From the NCBI GenBank assembly GCA_021827945.1, contig JAKATW010000138.1:1-48651 (forward strand): 48,651 nt of DNA. Reading direction: 5' to 3'. The translations under genes were made by a program, and so were the position numbers. Source of the DNA: Thermoplasmata archaeon (lineage in GTDB: Archaea > Thermoplasmatota > Thermoplasmata > Thermoplasmatales > GCA-001856825). The notes under the pieces were generated by a model, which ran no database searches, had not been told where the DNA came from, and was given only the letters and a program-made list of their open reading frames with translations. Below, piece by piece: positions 8,338-17,030 of this stretch. Each line of letters begins with the position of its first letter. Position 1 is the stretch's first letter.

Positions 8338-8514
8338 ATGGCAATAACAGGATTGGTAGTTGCAAAGGGACTCGCAGTAGCCGCTGGAGTAGCTGGGACT
8401 ACGATCGCAGCGGCTCACGTAGGTAATGTTATCGGGCTTACAAATGCCCTGCAGCACGTACCCACGTGGACACATGCACATACAGTGATATCAAGTCTGA
8501 TACAGAAACGATAG
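8338..8514 (+). CDS. Unannotated small Gly/Ala-rich hydrophobic peptide (58 aa)
   Basis: Own translation: MAITGLVVAKGLAVAAGVAGTTIAAAHVGNVIGLTNALQHVPTWTHAHTVISSLIQKR. A TATA-like ctttaaag at 8309-8316 lies 22-29 nt upstream of the ATG, consistent with a leaderless mRNA. Confidence 0.4.
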   Translation: MAITGLVVAKGLAVAAGVAGTTIAAAHVGNVIGLTNALQHVPTWTHAHTVISSLIQKR

Positions 8515-8685
8515 TCAGTCTAGTCGAAAGCCAGCAATGTCAATCGAGTAAATCTCTGATCGCAAGCTCTTCACATCTGTCATTTTTATTTATTTCCAGT
8601 TTTCTATGAATACTCAGATTTCTTTTATCTCGCCTAAACCTGAAAAGGAGCATAAAGTTCATATTTTAACACAAGTATTCCAATC

Positions 8686-9069
8686 ATGTTCTACTCTGAA
8701 AAAGATGTTCCAGCAAAGCTTGAAGATGTACTCTTTGCTCTGCTTACCCACCTCAAGAAAGCAGGATACGTCGTGGTCGCAGACATAAATGTCAAGAACA
8801 TCCTGAAAAATGCCTTGAATTACGATTTCAAAGACTATCACATTCTGGAGATCTGCAACCCGATTGCTGCAAGGGAGATAATAGGGGAAGATGACCTAAA
8901 TGGCCTCTTTGTGCCTTGCAAACTTACAGTCTATCAGGAACAGGAAGTTACGAAGATTAGGATGCTCAGAGCAACTCTGGTCACTGATACTCTTCTACCG
9001 AAAGCATCTGCTGTAATTGGGAAATATGAGAGAGACTTGTTATCGGTCCTGAATTCATTTTCTATGTAG
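8686..9069 (+). CDS. DUF302 domain protein
   Basis: 127 aa. The pattern ...DFKDYHILEICNPIAAREII...GLFVPCKLTVYQE... matches the conserved C-N-P and P-C core of DUF302 as I remember it. Confidence 0.7.
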   Translation: MFYSEKDVPAKLEDVLFALLTHLKKAGYVVVADINVKNILKNALNYDFKDYHILEICNPIAAREIIGEDDLNGLFVPCKLTVYQEQEVTKIRMLRATLVTDTLLPKASAVIGKYERDLLSVLNSFSM

Positions 9070-9260
9070 AACGGAATTAACTGCCCCTGAGACGAATGTT
9101 CATTTCTTTCAGTTGACTCGTTTGTCATGGAATATTCAGAAAGACTGACAGAAATACAGCAGTTGTTTGGATATTATACTTCCAGTGTGCCCATAGCGTC
9201 AACCGGGAACGCATAGTCCGATCCACGAAAGTTATTAGAAACCAATAAATTACTCAGCAC

Positions 9261-9755
9261 GTGAATATGATTTACGTTATCTCTGGTCCACCGGCAGTTG
9301 GAAAGTCAACAGTTTCCAAATTGATAGCTAATAGTATCCCTAGAAGTGCGTTGATTTCTGGAGACCAAGTGCATCATATGATCATTGGAGGACATTTAGC
9401 TCCCTGGAAAGACGCCAGTCAGGATGATTTAACTTGGAAGAATATTGCCGAACTCACCAAGAATTTTTTGGATTTCGGTTTTGATGTTGTGATTGACGCT
9501 GTTGCTTTACCCAGCAAAGTGAAGTATCTGAAAGAGGAGATGGGAAAGAGAGATGTCATCACAAAGTACGTGATACTTCTTGCAGACAAGACTTCTTTGC
9601 TGATAAGAGATGGTGAAAGGATGGAATCGATGGGAGAACGATGCCTTTCTTTACTTGAAGAGTTCTGCTCACTGAGTCCTAAACCGAGAAATTATCTAGA
9701 TACAACTTCAAAATCACCAGAACAGATAGTGAGAAAGATAGTTGGAGACAATTAA
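9261..9755 (+). CDS. P-loop kinase, AAA_33/chloramphenicol-phosphotransferase-like
   Basis: The Walker A GPPAVGKST lies at the N-terminus and VVIDAV is Walker B-like. The product is about 160 aa. The true start is likely the ATG at 9267 (MIYVISGPP...). Confidence 0.7.
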   Translation: MNMIYVISGPPAVGKSTVSKLIANSIPRSALISGDQVHHMIIGGHLAPWKDASQDDLTWKNIAELTKNFLDFGFDVVIDAVALPSKVKYLKEEMGKRDVITKYVILLADKTSLLIRDGERMESMGERCLSLLEEFCSLSPKPRNYLDTTSKSPEQIVRKIVGDN

Positions 9756-9973
9756 GATTTCTTTATGAAATAAGATTGATTTGTCTGGTTAGATATTTCC
9801 GACTAGATGTTTAGTTTGAAAATCTAGGTTCAGACAATTCTTTGAAGCCCAAGTCATTTGTCTATATACCATCACACCCTAAAGCGAGGAAATAGGCAGC
9901 GTAAGGTGCGTCATTGATATTTCGTAGTCTCAGGGTCTCTTGGTAATTCCTGAGGTCTTCATCCCTGAGCTTA

Positions 9974-10102
9974 CTATTTCTTCTTCCTTTCCGGAGCTCT
10001 GGAACTCTTTACATGATCGACTGGTCGTTCAAGTTCACCCTTAACAATCTTCATTGCAAGCTTATATTGTTCTTCTGAAAATCCCTGCAGTATCATTCCC
10101 AT
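9974..10102 (-). CDS. Possible 42-aa small protein
   Basis: Own translation: MGMILQGFSEEQYKLAMKIVKGELERPVDHVKSSRAPERKKK. It is preceded on its strand by tttaaaaaggagggaaagtggacATG, which combines TATA-like and GGAGG motifs. I recognise no family. Confidence 0.2.
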   Translation of the reverse strand: MGMILQGFSEEQYKLAMKIVKGELERPVDHVKSSRAPERKKK

Positions 10103-10345
10103 GTCCACTTTCCCTCCTTTTTAAACCTCCGAGATTCAGCAACCCTACGATTCAGGACGTAGTCAGTAACTGCTATCCCTTTGCATCCAATTGGAAGATG
10201 CCTGTAAGATCTGTTTAGACAACTAAATCCTGACACTTCATCTCATCAGCGGTATAGGTATCGTCAATCAGGTATAGAACGTTATCGATTATCTAATCTA
10301 TAATCAAAAATGACCTGTTATTTAGTGCATAACTAATAATGGAGC

Positions 10346-10624
10346 ATGGCATTGATCAAGGCGCTGGAAACTCAGTCCGGCGCAATGAGGCTCCTTCTAT
10401 ACCTTACGAAGGGACCTTCTTATGTGACCCTTATCCTAAAGGAAACTGATATACCTAACATCCAGCTTCTCAGATCAGTCGATTTGCTTTTGGACCTTAA
10501 ACTAATTCAGAAAAAAGTTGATGGTTCTACTTACCCGAAGAGGAATATCATTACCCTCACTAACAAAGGTAAACAAATCGCACTAAGGGTCAAAGAGATC
10601 GAGGGTATCTTAAAAGAGCCTTGA
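10346..10624 (+). CDS. Small winged-helix transcriptional regulator
   Basis: 92 aa. The layout is helix-turn-helix followed by a wing (...YVTLILKETDIPNIQLLRSVDLLLDLKLIQKKVDGSTYPKRNIITLTNKG...). Confidence 0.6.
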   Translation: MALIKALETQSGAMRLLLYLTKGPSYVTLILKETDIPNIQLLRSVDLLLDLKLIQKKVDGSTYPKRNIITLTNKGKQIALRVKEIEGILKEP

Positions 10625-10626
10625 AC

Positions 10627-10854
10627 TCAGTCGTTACGGTAGTATTGGTCTACTAATTCTATCTCCATTTGTAGTTTTTTCGCTCGCTCGAATGCAATAC
10701 GCGATATTATCAGGGACATTTTGTCTCTAAAAATCTTGATTAGGTCCTCCCTTGACTTTGTTTCCTTTACGCTCTCCCAGAAAGTTGTCAGGTCGAGATC
10801 ATACTGATCGCGCCTTCCAGTCAGATATTCCTTGTCCAGATCCCCCTCCCTCAT
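10627..10854 (-). CDS. Hypothetical helical protein (75 aa)
   Basis: ORF track only. It is convergent with the wHTH gene with a 2-nt gap. I recognise no motif. Confidence 0.35.
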   Translation of the reverse strand: MREGDLDKEYLTGRRDQYDLDLTTFWESVKETKSREDLIKIFRDKMSLIISRIAFERAKKLQMEIELVDQYYRND

Positions 10855-11016
10855 GTTTCTCGATTAGTACCTTATTGTGCATACTTATACTTTATCTCTT
10901 ATTAGAAAAATGAAAAAAATGAATAATTGAATTTTTGCCATACAATGTTCTGCCATTATGATAGGATTTCATCTATTTTCGGCTGATATTTGCGAAATGA
11001 TTATAATTAGATCATA

Positions 11017-11407
11017 ATGATTTTGACTACGTTCTATTCTTCAATAGAATTACAATCAGATCTAGATGATGTGGCAGTATCATTTTTGTTGCACATTAAG
11101 GAGCAAGGTTATGCAATAATCGCAGACATAAATGTCAAAAATCCTTAGGAACTCGTTGATTTAAAACTTCAAAGGTTGTCATATAATAGATAAACGCAAG
11201 CCCTAGGCCGCAAAAGAAATTATAAATAATGAAAAATTGAATGATTTTTTGCCCTGCAGAATGAAAATAATTCGAGACGAAACGGCCACAAAGATGATGC
11301 TACTTAGTTCTTCACATGTCTCTGATTGTCTCTGCCCAAGATCGTCCGCAATCATAAGAAGATATGAGAGCGAATTGCCATCTATCCTTGATTTGTTTAC
11401 AATGTAG
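11017..11407 (+). pseudogene. Pseudogenised paralog of the DUF302 gene at 8686-9069
   Basis: Own translation: MILTTFYSSIELQSDLDDVAVSFLLHIKEQGYAIIADINVKN. A 1-nt deletion follows. The shifted frame then reads KILRNSLI*NFKGCHIIDKRKP*AAKEIINNEKLNDFLPCRMKIIRDETATKMMLL...SAIIRRYESELPSILDLFTM. This is colinear with the whole intact gene (ADINVKNILKNALNYDFKDYHILEICNPIAAREII...GLFVPCKLTVYQ...SAVIGKYERDLLSVLNSFSM). It carries one frameshift and two in-frame stops. Confidence 0.75.
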
Positions 11408-11454
11408 TCCGGGGAAAAGTAGAATTTATCAGAGTCTCCATTAGACCAGACAAT

Positions 11455-12702
11455 CTAACTGAATCTTAGAAGACTGTCCTGTGAAGCTGCTAGACCGGTT
11501 CCAGGGTCAACCTCATATCCGCTCAACTTAAGAGCTCTTTCAATAGCTCCTATTGTAATCATTACCTCAGAAGAGGATATGCTGCCCATATGTCCGATCC
11601 TGAAGTATCTACCTGCTATCTCTTTCATGAGCCCGGATGCAAACACTACTCCGTTCGTTTCAGTATCAGAGAGGAATTTCTTGGAGTCTGTCCCATTTGG
11701 GAGATAGACTGCAGAGATCGTGTTAGCGTGATCCTTTTTGGCGATCAGTTCGAGACCCATTCCTTTTATGCCAGCCCTTATCGCTGAAGCCATCTTTTCG
11801 TGCCTCTTGAGTCTCAACTCCAAACCCTCACTCATTATGTTGCCTAGACTGACGTTAAGCGCTGTTATCAGGTTAACGTTTGGAGTCCCAAAATAGCCCC
11901 CTTTAGATTCAAGCACTCCTCTTGATACTGCTTCCCACTTTCTCAGATCCGAGAAAAACGAGTTCGGTTTGAGTTTTCCCATTCGATTAAGGGCCCTCTT
12001 CTCTGCGACTCCAACTGCGAGACCGGGTGGTGCTCCAAGAGCCTTCTGAGAGGCAGTGAAAGCGACGTCTATTCCCCATTTCATATCTAGATTCTCTCCT
12101 CCAACAGAGCACACACCATCTACCACCAGAAGTGTATCTGTTTTCTTTGATACTTCAGCTATCTCCTTGACGTTGTTTCTAACACCGGTACTTGTATCGA
12201 CGTGAGTAACGGTCATTAGGTCATACTCATTTGTATCAAGCTTTTCTTTGATCCTGACTGGTTCGACAGCTTGCCCAAGCGGAGGTTTGATTTGCTCTAC
12301 TTTATCTGTGAATCTTGAGAATAAATCGACAAATCTGTCCCCAAAATAGCCAGTATTTACGACGAGCACCTTGGAATCTTTGCTTATGAAATTGACTGTC
12401 GCAACCTCCATTCCTAAAGTACCAGAGCCAGATATAATGAACGGTAGACCCTCGCTAGTCGAGGAGCCGAAAATAGAGGTGATATTCTGAAGTGCTTCCT
12501 TGTATATTGATACGAATTCCTTGGAGGAGTGAGAGATAGTAGGAATAGACATTGCATTCAAGACATTGCTTTCATATTCTATCGGTCCCGGGATCATGAG
12601 CAGTTTCCGCATGAGAGAGGTATCTTCCAATTGATATATTACATTTCCACTTTCAGTTATATAAAATGACTTTTGAGAGATCTGACGACTCATTTTGTGC
12701 AT
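11455..12702 (-). CDS. Class V (AGT/SGAT-type) PLP-dependent aminotransferase
   Basis: The N-terminal motif is LLMIPGPIEYESNVLNAM and the PLP-lysine motif is FTASQKALGAPPG. The first 30 codons are probably a 5' extension; an alternative ATG lies at 12612. Confidence 0.85.
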   Translation of the reverse strand: MHKMSRQISQKSFYITESGNVIYQLEDTSLMRKLLMIPGPIEYESNVLNAMSIPTISHSSKEFVSIYKEALQNITSIFGSSTSEGLPFIISGSGTLGMEVATVNFISKDSKVLVVNTGYFGDRFVDLFSRFTDKVEQIKPPLGQAVEPVRIKEKLDTNEYDLMTVTHVDTSTGVRNNVKEIAEVSKKTDTLLVVDGVCSVGGENLDMKWGIDVAFTASQKALGAPPGLAVGVAEKRALNRMGKLKPNSFFSDLRKWEAVSRGVLESKGGYFGTPNVNLITALNVSLGNIMSEGLELRLKRHEKMASAIRAGIKGMGLELIAKKDHANTISAVYLPNGTDSKKFLSDTETNGVVFASGLMKEIAGRYFRIGHMGSISSSEVMITIGAIERALKLSGYEVDPGTGLAASQDSLLRFS

Positions 12703-12743
12703 GACTTACGTAGTCGGATTTAACCCTTGATACGATTGAACCA

Positions 12744-13322
12744 CTATATTTCGCTGTACCTGAAGCATGAAGTGATATGATCATTCACCATGCCTGTGGC
12801 TTGCATGTAAGCATAACATGTCTTGGAACCAACGAACCTAAACCCCCTACTTATCATGTCTCTACTCATACGGTCTGAGATATCCGTTCTTGCAGGGACC
12901 ATTTCAAGGGAAGTCCATCTATTCTTGATTTGTTTTTCATCAACGAAGTGCCAAAGATATTTGTCAAATGACCCAAACTCATCCCTGACCTGAAGCATTG
13001 CCTTGGCATTGGTTATAACGGATTCTATCTTCAGCCTATTTCTGATGATGCCACCATTCTCAAGAAGTCTCTCTATCTTAATTGCATCGTACCTTGCTAC
13101 CTTGTTGTAATCGAAGTCATCGAATGCTTTTCTGTACTCATCCCTCTTTCTTAGGATAGTCAACCAGCTCAGTCCTGCCTGAGCTCCTTCCAGAACCAGA
13201 AATTCAAACAGTTTTCTGTCATCGTGGACTGGCACCCCCCACTCCTTATCGTGATATTGGGTCATGGTGGCATCATTCAAGCTCCAACCGCATCTCCCCT
13301 TCCGAACTTGACTTGAATTCAT
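12744..13322 (-). CDS. tag: DNA-3-methyladenine glycosylase I
   Basis: CGW...YHDKEWGVPVHDDRKLFEFLVLEGAQAGLSWLTILRKR is the characteristic Tag signature. The product is 192 aa. Confidence 0.9.
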   Translation of the reverse strand: MNSSQVRKGRCGWSLNDATMTQYHDKEWGVPVHDDRKLFEFLVLEGAQAGLSWLTILRKRDEYRKAFDDFDYNKVARYDAIKIERLLENGGIIRNRLKIESVITNAKAMLQVRDEFGSFDKYLWHFVDEKQIKNRWTSLEMVPARTDISDRMSRDMISRGFRFVGSKTCYAYMQATGMVNDHITSCFRYSEI

Positions 13323-13385
13323 TCACTGCTTCACTAAAAGACATTAGAGGTTGTAGTTCATAAAGTTGAGGGGTCTATAATGTTA

Positions 13386-14057
13386 CTATCTCCTCAGTAA
13401 GATGTCCGAAAAATAAAAGCCGTCTCTGAGAACCGTTTCCCCCCTCCTGATTGGAATAGGGGAATCGTAAATCGGTCCCTCATAGACAAAGGTGTGAAAC
13501 TCTCCGTTCTCTCCACATGGATCAACTCCCTGCGGGAGGGAAGAAAGAAAATTTTCATCAAACTCCTTTCCTGCAAATTCCTTGCTAAGTTTTTTGGGAT
13601 CAACAGTGCATAAGATCGCCTTGAAACCCATCTTTATGAAGTCGTGTGCGAGCTTTGTAGTGTCTTTACCCCAGAGCGGGAAGATGCATCTGATGCCAGT
13701 TCCAGACATCCTCTGCTCCCTGTACTTTCTAATGTCCTCTAGGAATAAATCACCGAATGCGACATTCGCAATTCTCTCCCCCTGATATCTCTTGATTCTA
13801 TCCATCATTACTCTTTCGTACTCTTCGTTGTTTGCTCCCTTTGAAATGTAGGCAATGTCAGAATTAATTGAAGTTCTCCTGACCTGTTCTGACAGGAGTT
13901 CTTCCCTCACACCGTGCATGCTTATTCTACCATAGTCCTTGGTCACTGTGGTAAGGAGATACCGGACTTCGTACTTATCCTGAGAAAGAATGGTGTGGAG
14001 TGTAAGGGCACTATCCTTTCCTCCACTCCACGAAAGGACCAGGGGTTCTTTTGTCAT
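13386..14057 (-). CDS. Dph6-related ATP pyrophosphatase (adenine nucleotide alpha-hydrolase, MJ0570-like)
   Basis: The N-terminal PP-loop is LSWSGGKDSAL. The size of 223 aa and the C-terminal GENGEFHTFV motif also fit. Confidence 0.8.
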   Translation of the reverse strand: MTKEPLVLSWSGGKDSALTLHTILSQDKYEVRYLLTTVTKDYGRISMHGVREELLSEQVRRTSINSDIAYISKGANNEEYERVMMDRIKRYQGERIANVAFGDLFLEDIRKYREQRMSGTGIRCIFPLWGKDTTKLAHDFIKMGFKAILCTVDPKKLSKEFAGKEFDENFLSSLPQGVDPCGENGEFHTFVYEGPIYDSPIPIRRGETVLRDGFYFSDILLRR

Positions 14058-14133
14058 CTAAGCCTCAAATCAGAATAGTAAATTAAGCATTTGCAGCAAT
14101 CTTTAAGCAACTTGAACAAAAACTCTTTTCATT

Positions 14134-15717
14134 TTGATTATATGCAAAGTCATGAGTGAGGAGAGGAATATAAAGATCTATTACAATGGTTCCATCTATA
14201 CCAAATTCATTCCCCCCACCGTGGTTAAGTCAATTGTTACTGAAGGTGAAAAGATAGAGTTTTGCGGTAGTATTGAGGAGGCGATGAAGATCTATGGAAA
14301 GAGTGCCGATACAATTGTCAATCTTGAAGGGAGAGTTGTGATACCGGGATTCGTAGACTCACATCTCCATCTCGACGATCTCGGAAGTTCATTAAACTAT
14401 CTTGACCTCAGGGGAAGCAGTTCCATCTCTGAAATGAAAGATCGGCTCAACAGGTATCGCGTTAAGAACCCTGGCGCTAAAGTCGTGATTGGAATGGGAT
14501 GGGACCAGGAATCGTTTTCAGAAGGTAGATGGCCCACACGGTATGACCTCGATGCAGTGGAGAATAGTGTTCCGGTATTCCTCGAACGATTCTGTGAACA
14601 TGCAGGAGTTATAAATTCCAGGATGCTCGAACTCTTTGGTACTAAAAACTTCCCCGCAAACATATTCCCACTCTCACGGGACGGTAGTGCAACCGGAATA
14701 GTAAAGGAGGAGGCAGCCTTATTCTTCAAGGAGAAGGCACACAAACTTGTTGGCGATGAGGAAAGGAATCTTGAGAGCTCTGCTCGTTACCTCCTGTCCA
14801 AAGGTGTGACATCGGTGGGATTCGTTTCGTGTGGTTTAGAATCTGTTGATTATTTGTCAAGAGAAGGTTCCAGACTCGGTTTGAGGGTCCGGGTCTACCT
14901 TAGAGAGGATTTATCAGATAAACTCGAGGACCTTAGGAGCAAGATAGGAGACAATCCCTACCTCAGAATAAATGGTATCAAACTATTTGCAGACGGCGCC
15001 CTTGGAGCAGAAACAGCGGCTCTAAGGGAACCTTACAGCGAAGACTCGGGAAACAGCGGAATGCTAATATTAGATCCTCAAAAATTGGTTGAAATCTTTG
15101 GACATTTCAAAGGTATGCATGCGCAGTTTGCGATTCATGCGATCGGGGACAGAGGAATAGATTCTGTCATAGACGCGATATCAATATTCGGTAGGGACAA
15201 TATGGTAGCTCCCAGGATAGAGCACTGTACCGTGCTCAGAGAGGATCATCTAGAAAGACTCAGAGAACTGATGATAGGAGTCTCAACTCAACCCGCCTTT
15301 GTGATCGATGACTGGTGGGCCGTAAAGAGACTTGGAAAGATAAGGAGCGTACTTTCGTATCCTCTTGCCAGTCTCTGTAACAATGGCATCAAAGTTGGGA
15401 TATCCACTGATTCCCCCGTTGAGAACCCCGATCCGTGGTTCACCATAGATGCAGCTGTCAACAGGGGTGAGAGGGAAAAAAGAGAGATCTTGAATTATTC
15501 AAAGGGGGAGAGGATCGATCTTTCAGCAGCGTTCTCACTCTACACCGTAGGCTCCGCTTCACTGCTGCTTGACAGTGAAATAGGATCTTTGGAAACGGGT
15601 AAATTTGCCGATTTCATCATTCTGAACAAAGATCCTTTCGATACGAAAGATTTGAGAAGCATAATGACGCTAGAAACTGTAGTCGGGGGTACAACCAGAT
15701 ACAAAAAAGAACGTTGA
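14134..15717 (+). CDS. Metal-dependent amidohydrolase (Amidohydro_3/YtcJ-like)
   Basis: It has the PGFVDSHLHL metal-binding motif, later HAIGD, and a C-terminal ADF..L motif. The product is 527 aa. The ATG at 14152 is a more likely start than the TTG at 14134. Confidence 0.85.
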   Translation: MIICKVMSEERNIKIYYNGSIYTKFIPPTVVKSIVTEGEKIEFCGSIEEAMKIYGKSADTIVNLEGRVVIPGFVDSHLHLDDLGSSLNYLDLRGSSSISEMKDRLNRYRVKNPGAKVVIGMGWDQESFSEGRWPTRYDLDAVENSVPVFLERFCEHAGVINSRMLELFGTKNFPANIFPLSRDGSATGIVKEEAALFFKEKAHKLVGDEERNLESSARYLLSKGVTSVGFVSCGLESVDYLSREGSRLGLRVRVYLREDLSDKLEDLRSKIGDNPYLRINGIKLFADGALGAETAALREPYSEDSGNSGMLILDPQKLVEIFGHFKGMHAQFAIHAIGDRGIDSVIDAISIFGRDNMVAPRIEHCTVLREDHLERLRELMIGVSTQPAFVIDDWWAVKRLGKIRSVLSYPLASLCNNGIKVGISTDSPVENPDPWFTIDAAVNRGEREKREILNYSKGERIDLSAAFSLYTVGSASLLLDSEIGSLETGKFADFIILNKDPFDTKDLRSIMTLETVVGGTTRYKKER

Positions 15718-15728
15718 ACTATGCGGGC

Positions 15729-16997
15729 TCATTTTGATCCGGCGTAATAACTGATAAAAATGTCAGCTACGTTGGTTCCAGTGAAACCTGTGAAAAGGAC
15801 ATCCCCACTCTGCACCAGGGGTTCCAGACTGTCGCTCGTGGACAGACTGTCTCTTATGTAGTTTCTATCCAGAATATTCAGTGTTTTACTATCTACCACT
15901 CCCCCCATAGCCTTGCTAGTGCCATCCATACCATCGGTACCTATGCTGGCGAAGGCGAAATCCTCTTCGTCGCCCATTAGCAATAGAACTCTCAGGGAGA
16001 GTTCAAGGTTGCGTCCCCCAATTCCCATTCCGGTGAGCCTTGTGGAAGTCTCTCCACCACCAACAACGAACACCGGAACCCGTTCTCTCTCATAGACAGA
16101 CTTCATTTTGTTCACCAAGAACCTGGCAACGGTTTCCGTGTTCCCTTCTATCCTCGATCCTAGACTGACCACCCTGAACCCTCCAATCTCCAGCTTCTGA
16201 CTCACTGATTTAACGAAGTCTGAATTCTTTAGAACGACATAATTTTCTGCCCTGTACTCCCTTGTCTCGTACTTGACCCTGCGGTTTTGAATACTGCACT
16301 GTTGCCCATATCTTGCTACGACCTGATCTATCGAAGAGCTCTCGGGAGGAGTTGAGGTAGGACCTGAAGCGACGACTTCTTCAGCATCTCCTGGAACATC
16401 CGAGACAATGATCCCAATGACCCTTGCAGGATACGTATAGTTAAGGAATCCTCCACCCTTAGTTTTGGAGAAGAGGTACCTAATAGCGTTTAGTTCTGTA
16501 ATATCCGCCCCGCTCTTCATCATGCAACTTATTGTTCGGTTGTAACTTTCAAGGTCGGTATCATCCCTTAAAAGTTCGAAGAGAGATGAACCTCCGCCAG
16601 ATATCAAAACCAAAACTACGTCATCTGAGGTAAGGCCTTTCACAGAGGTTACGAGCGTCTCTGAGCTTTTCAGAGTATTAACAGAAGGGAGTGGGTGGTC
16701 ACCGGGAAGAAATGGACCCACCAGCCTTCCGTCATCAGGCATGGGAACTATGATTTTTGCACTGGATATCCTTTCACCAAAATATCGCTTCACTCCCTCG
16801 TACATTCCCTTACCTGCTTTACCGAATCCGACTACTCGCAACCTCCGTCCGCATTCTGGATCGATCCGTTCCTTCAAGAAATTCAGAACCTTCAATTCTG
16901 GATCGTTTTGTCTGAATGCAAAATCTATCGAATCAATTATGGAGTCTCTTATGCACGATCTCCTAAAATCCCTTGGCAACTTTAGTAACTCCACCAC
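15729..16997 (-). CDS. Glycerate 2-kinase / hydroxypyruvate reductase-like protein (MOFRL family)
   Basis: The segment VVGFGKAGKGM lies in the N-terminal domain. The C-terminal MOFRL-like segment is GGGETSTRLTG...GGRNLELSL...ASIGTDGMDG. Confidence 0.8.
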   Translation of the reverse strand: MVELLKLPRDFRRSCIRDSIIDSIDFAFRQNDPELKVLNFLKERIDPECGRRLRVVGFGKAGKGMYEGVKRYFGERISSAKIIVPMPDDGRLVGPFLPGDHPLPSVNTLKSSETLVTSVKGLTSDDVVLVLISGGGSSLFELLRDDTDLESYNRTISCMMKSGADITELNAIRYLFSKTKGGGFLNYTYPARVIGIIVSDVPGDAEEVVASGPTSTPPESSSIDQVVARYGQQCSIQNRRVKYETREYRAENYVVLKNSDFVKSVSQKLEIGGFRVVSLGSRIEGNTETVARFLVNKMKSVYERERVPVFVVGGGETSTRLTGMGIGGRNLELSLRVLLLMGDEEDFAFASIGTDGMDGTSKAMGGVVDSKTLNILDRNYIRDSLSTSDSLEPLVQSGDVLFTGFTGTNVADIFISYYAGSK

Positions 16998-17030
16998 TTA
17001 CTATTCCTTTGGATTAAAAATATTTAACCA

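Noticed and set aside
8606-8841. Two 60-aa ORFs overlapping the DUF302 start
   Set aside because: They overlap the confidently assigned DUF302 frame and its promoter region, and have no motifs.
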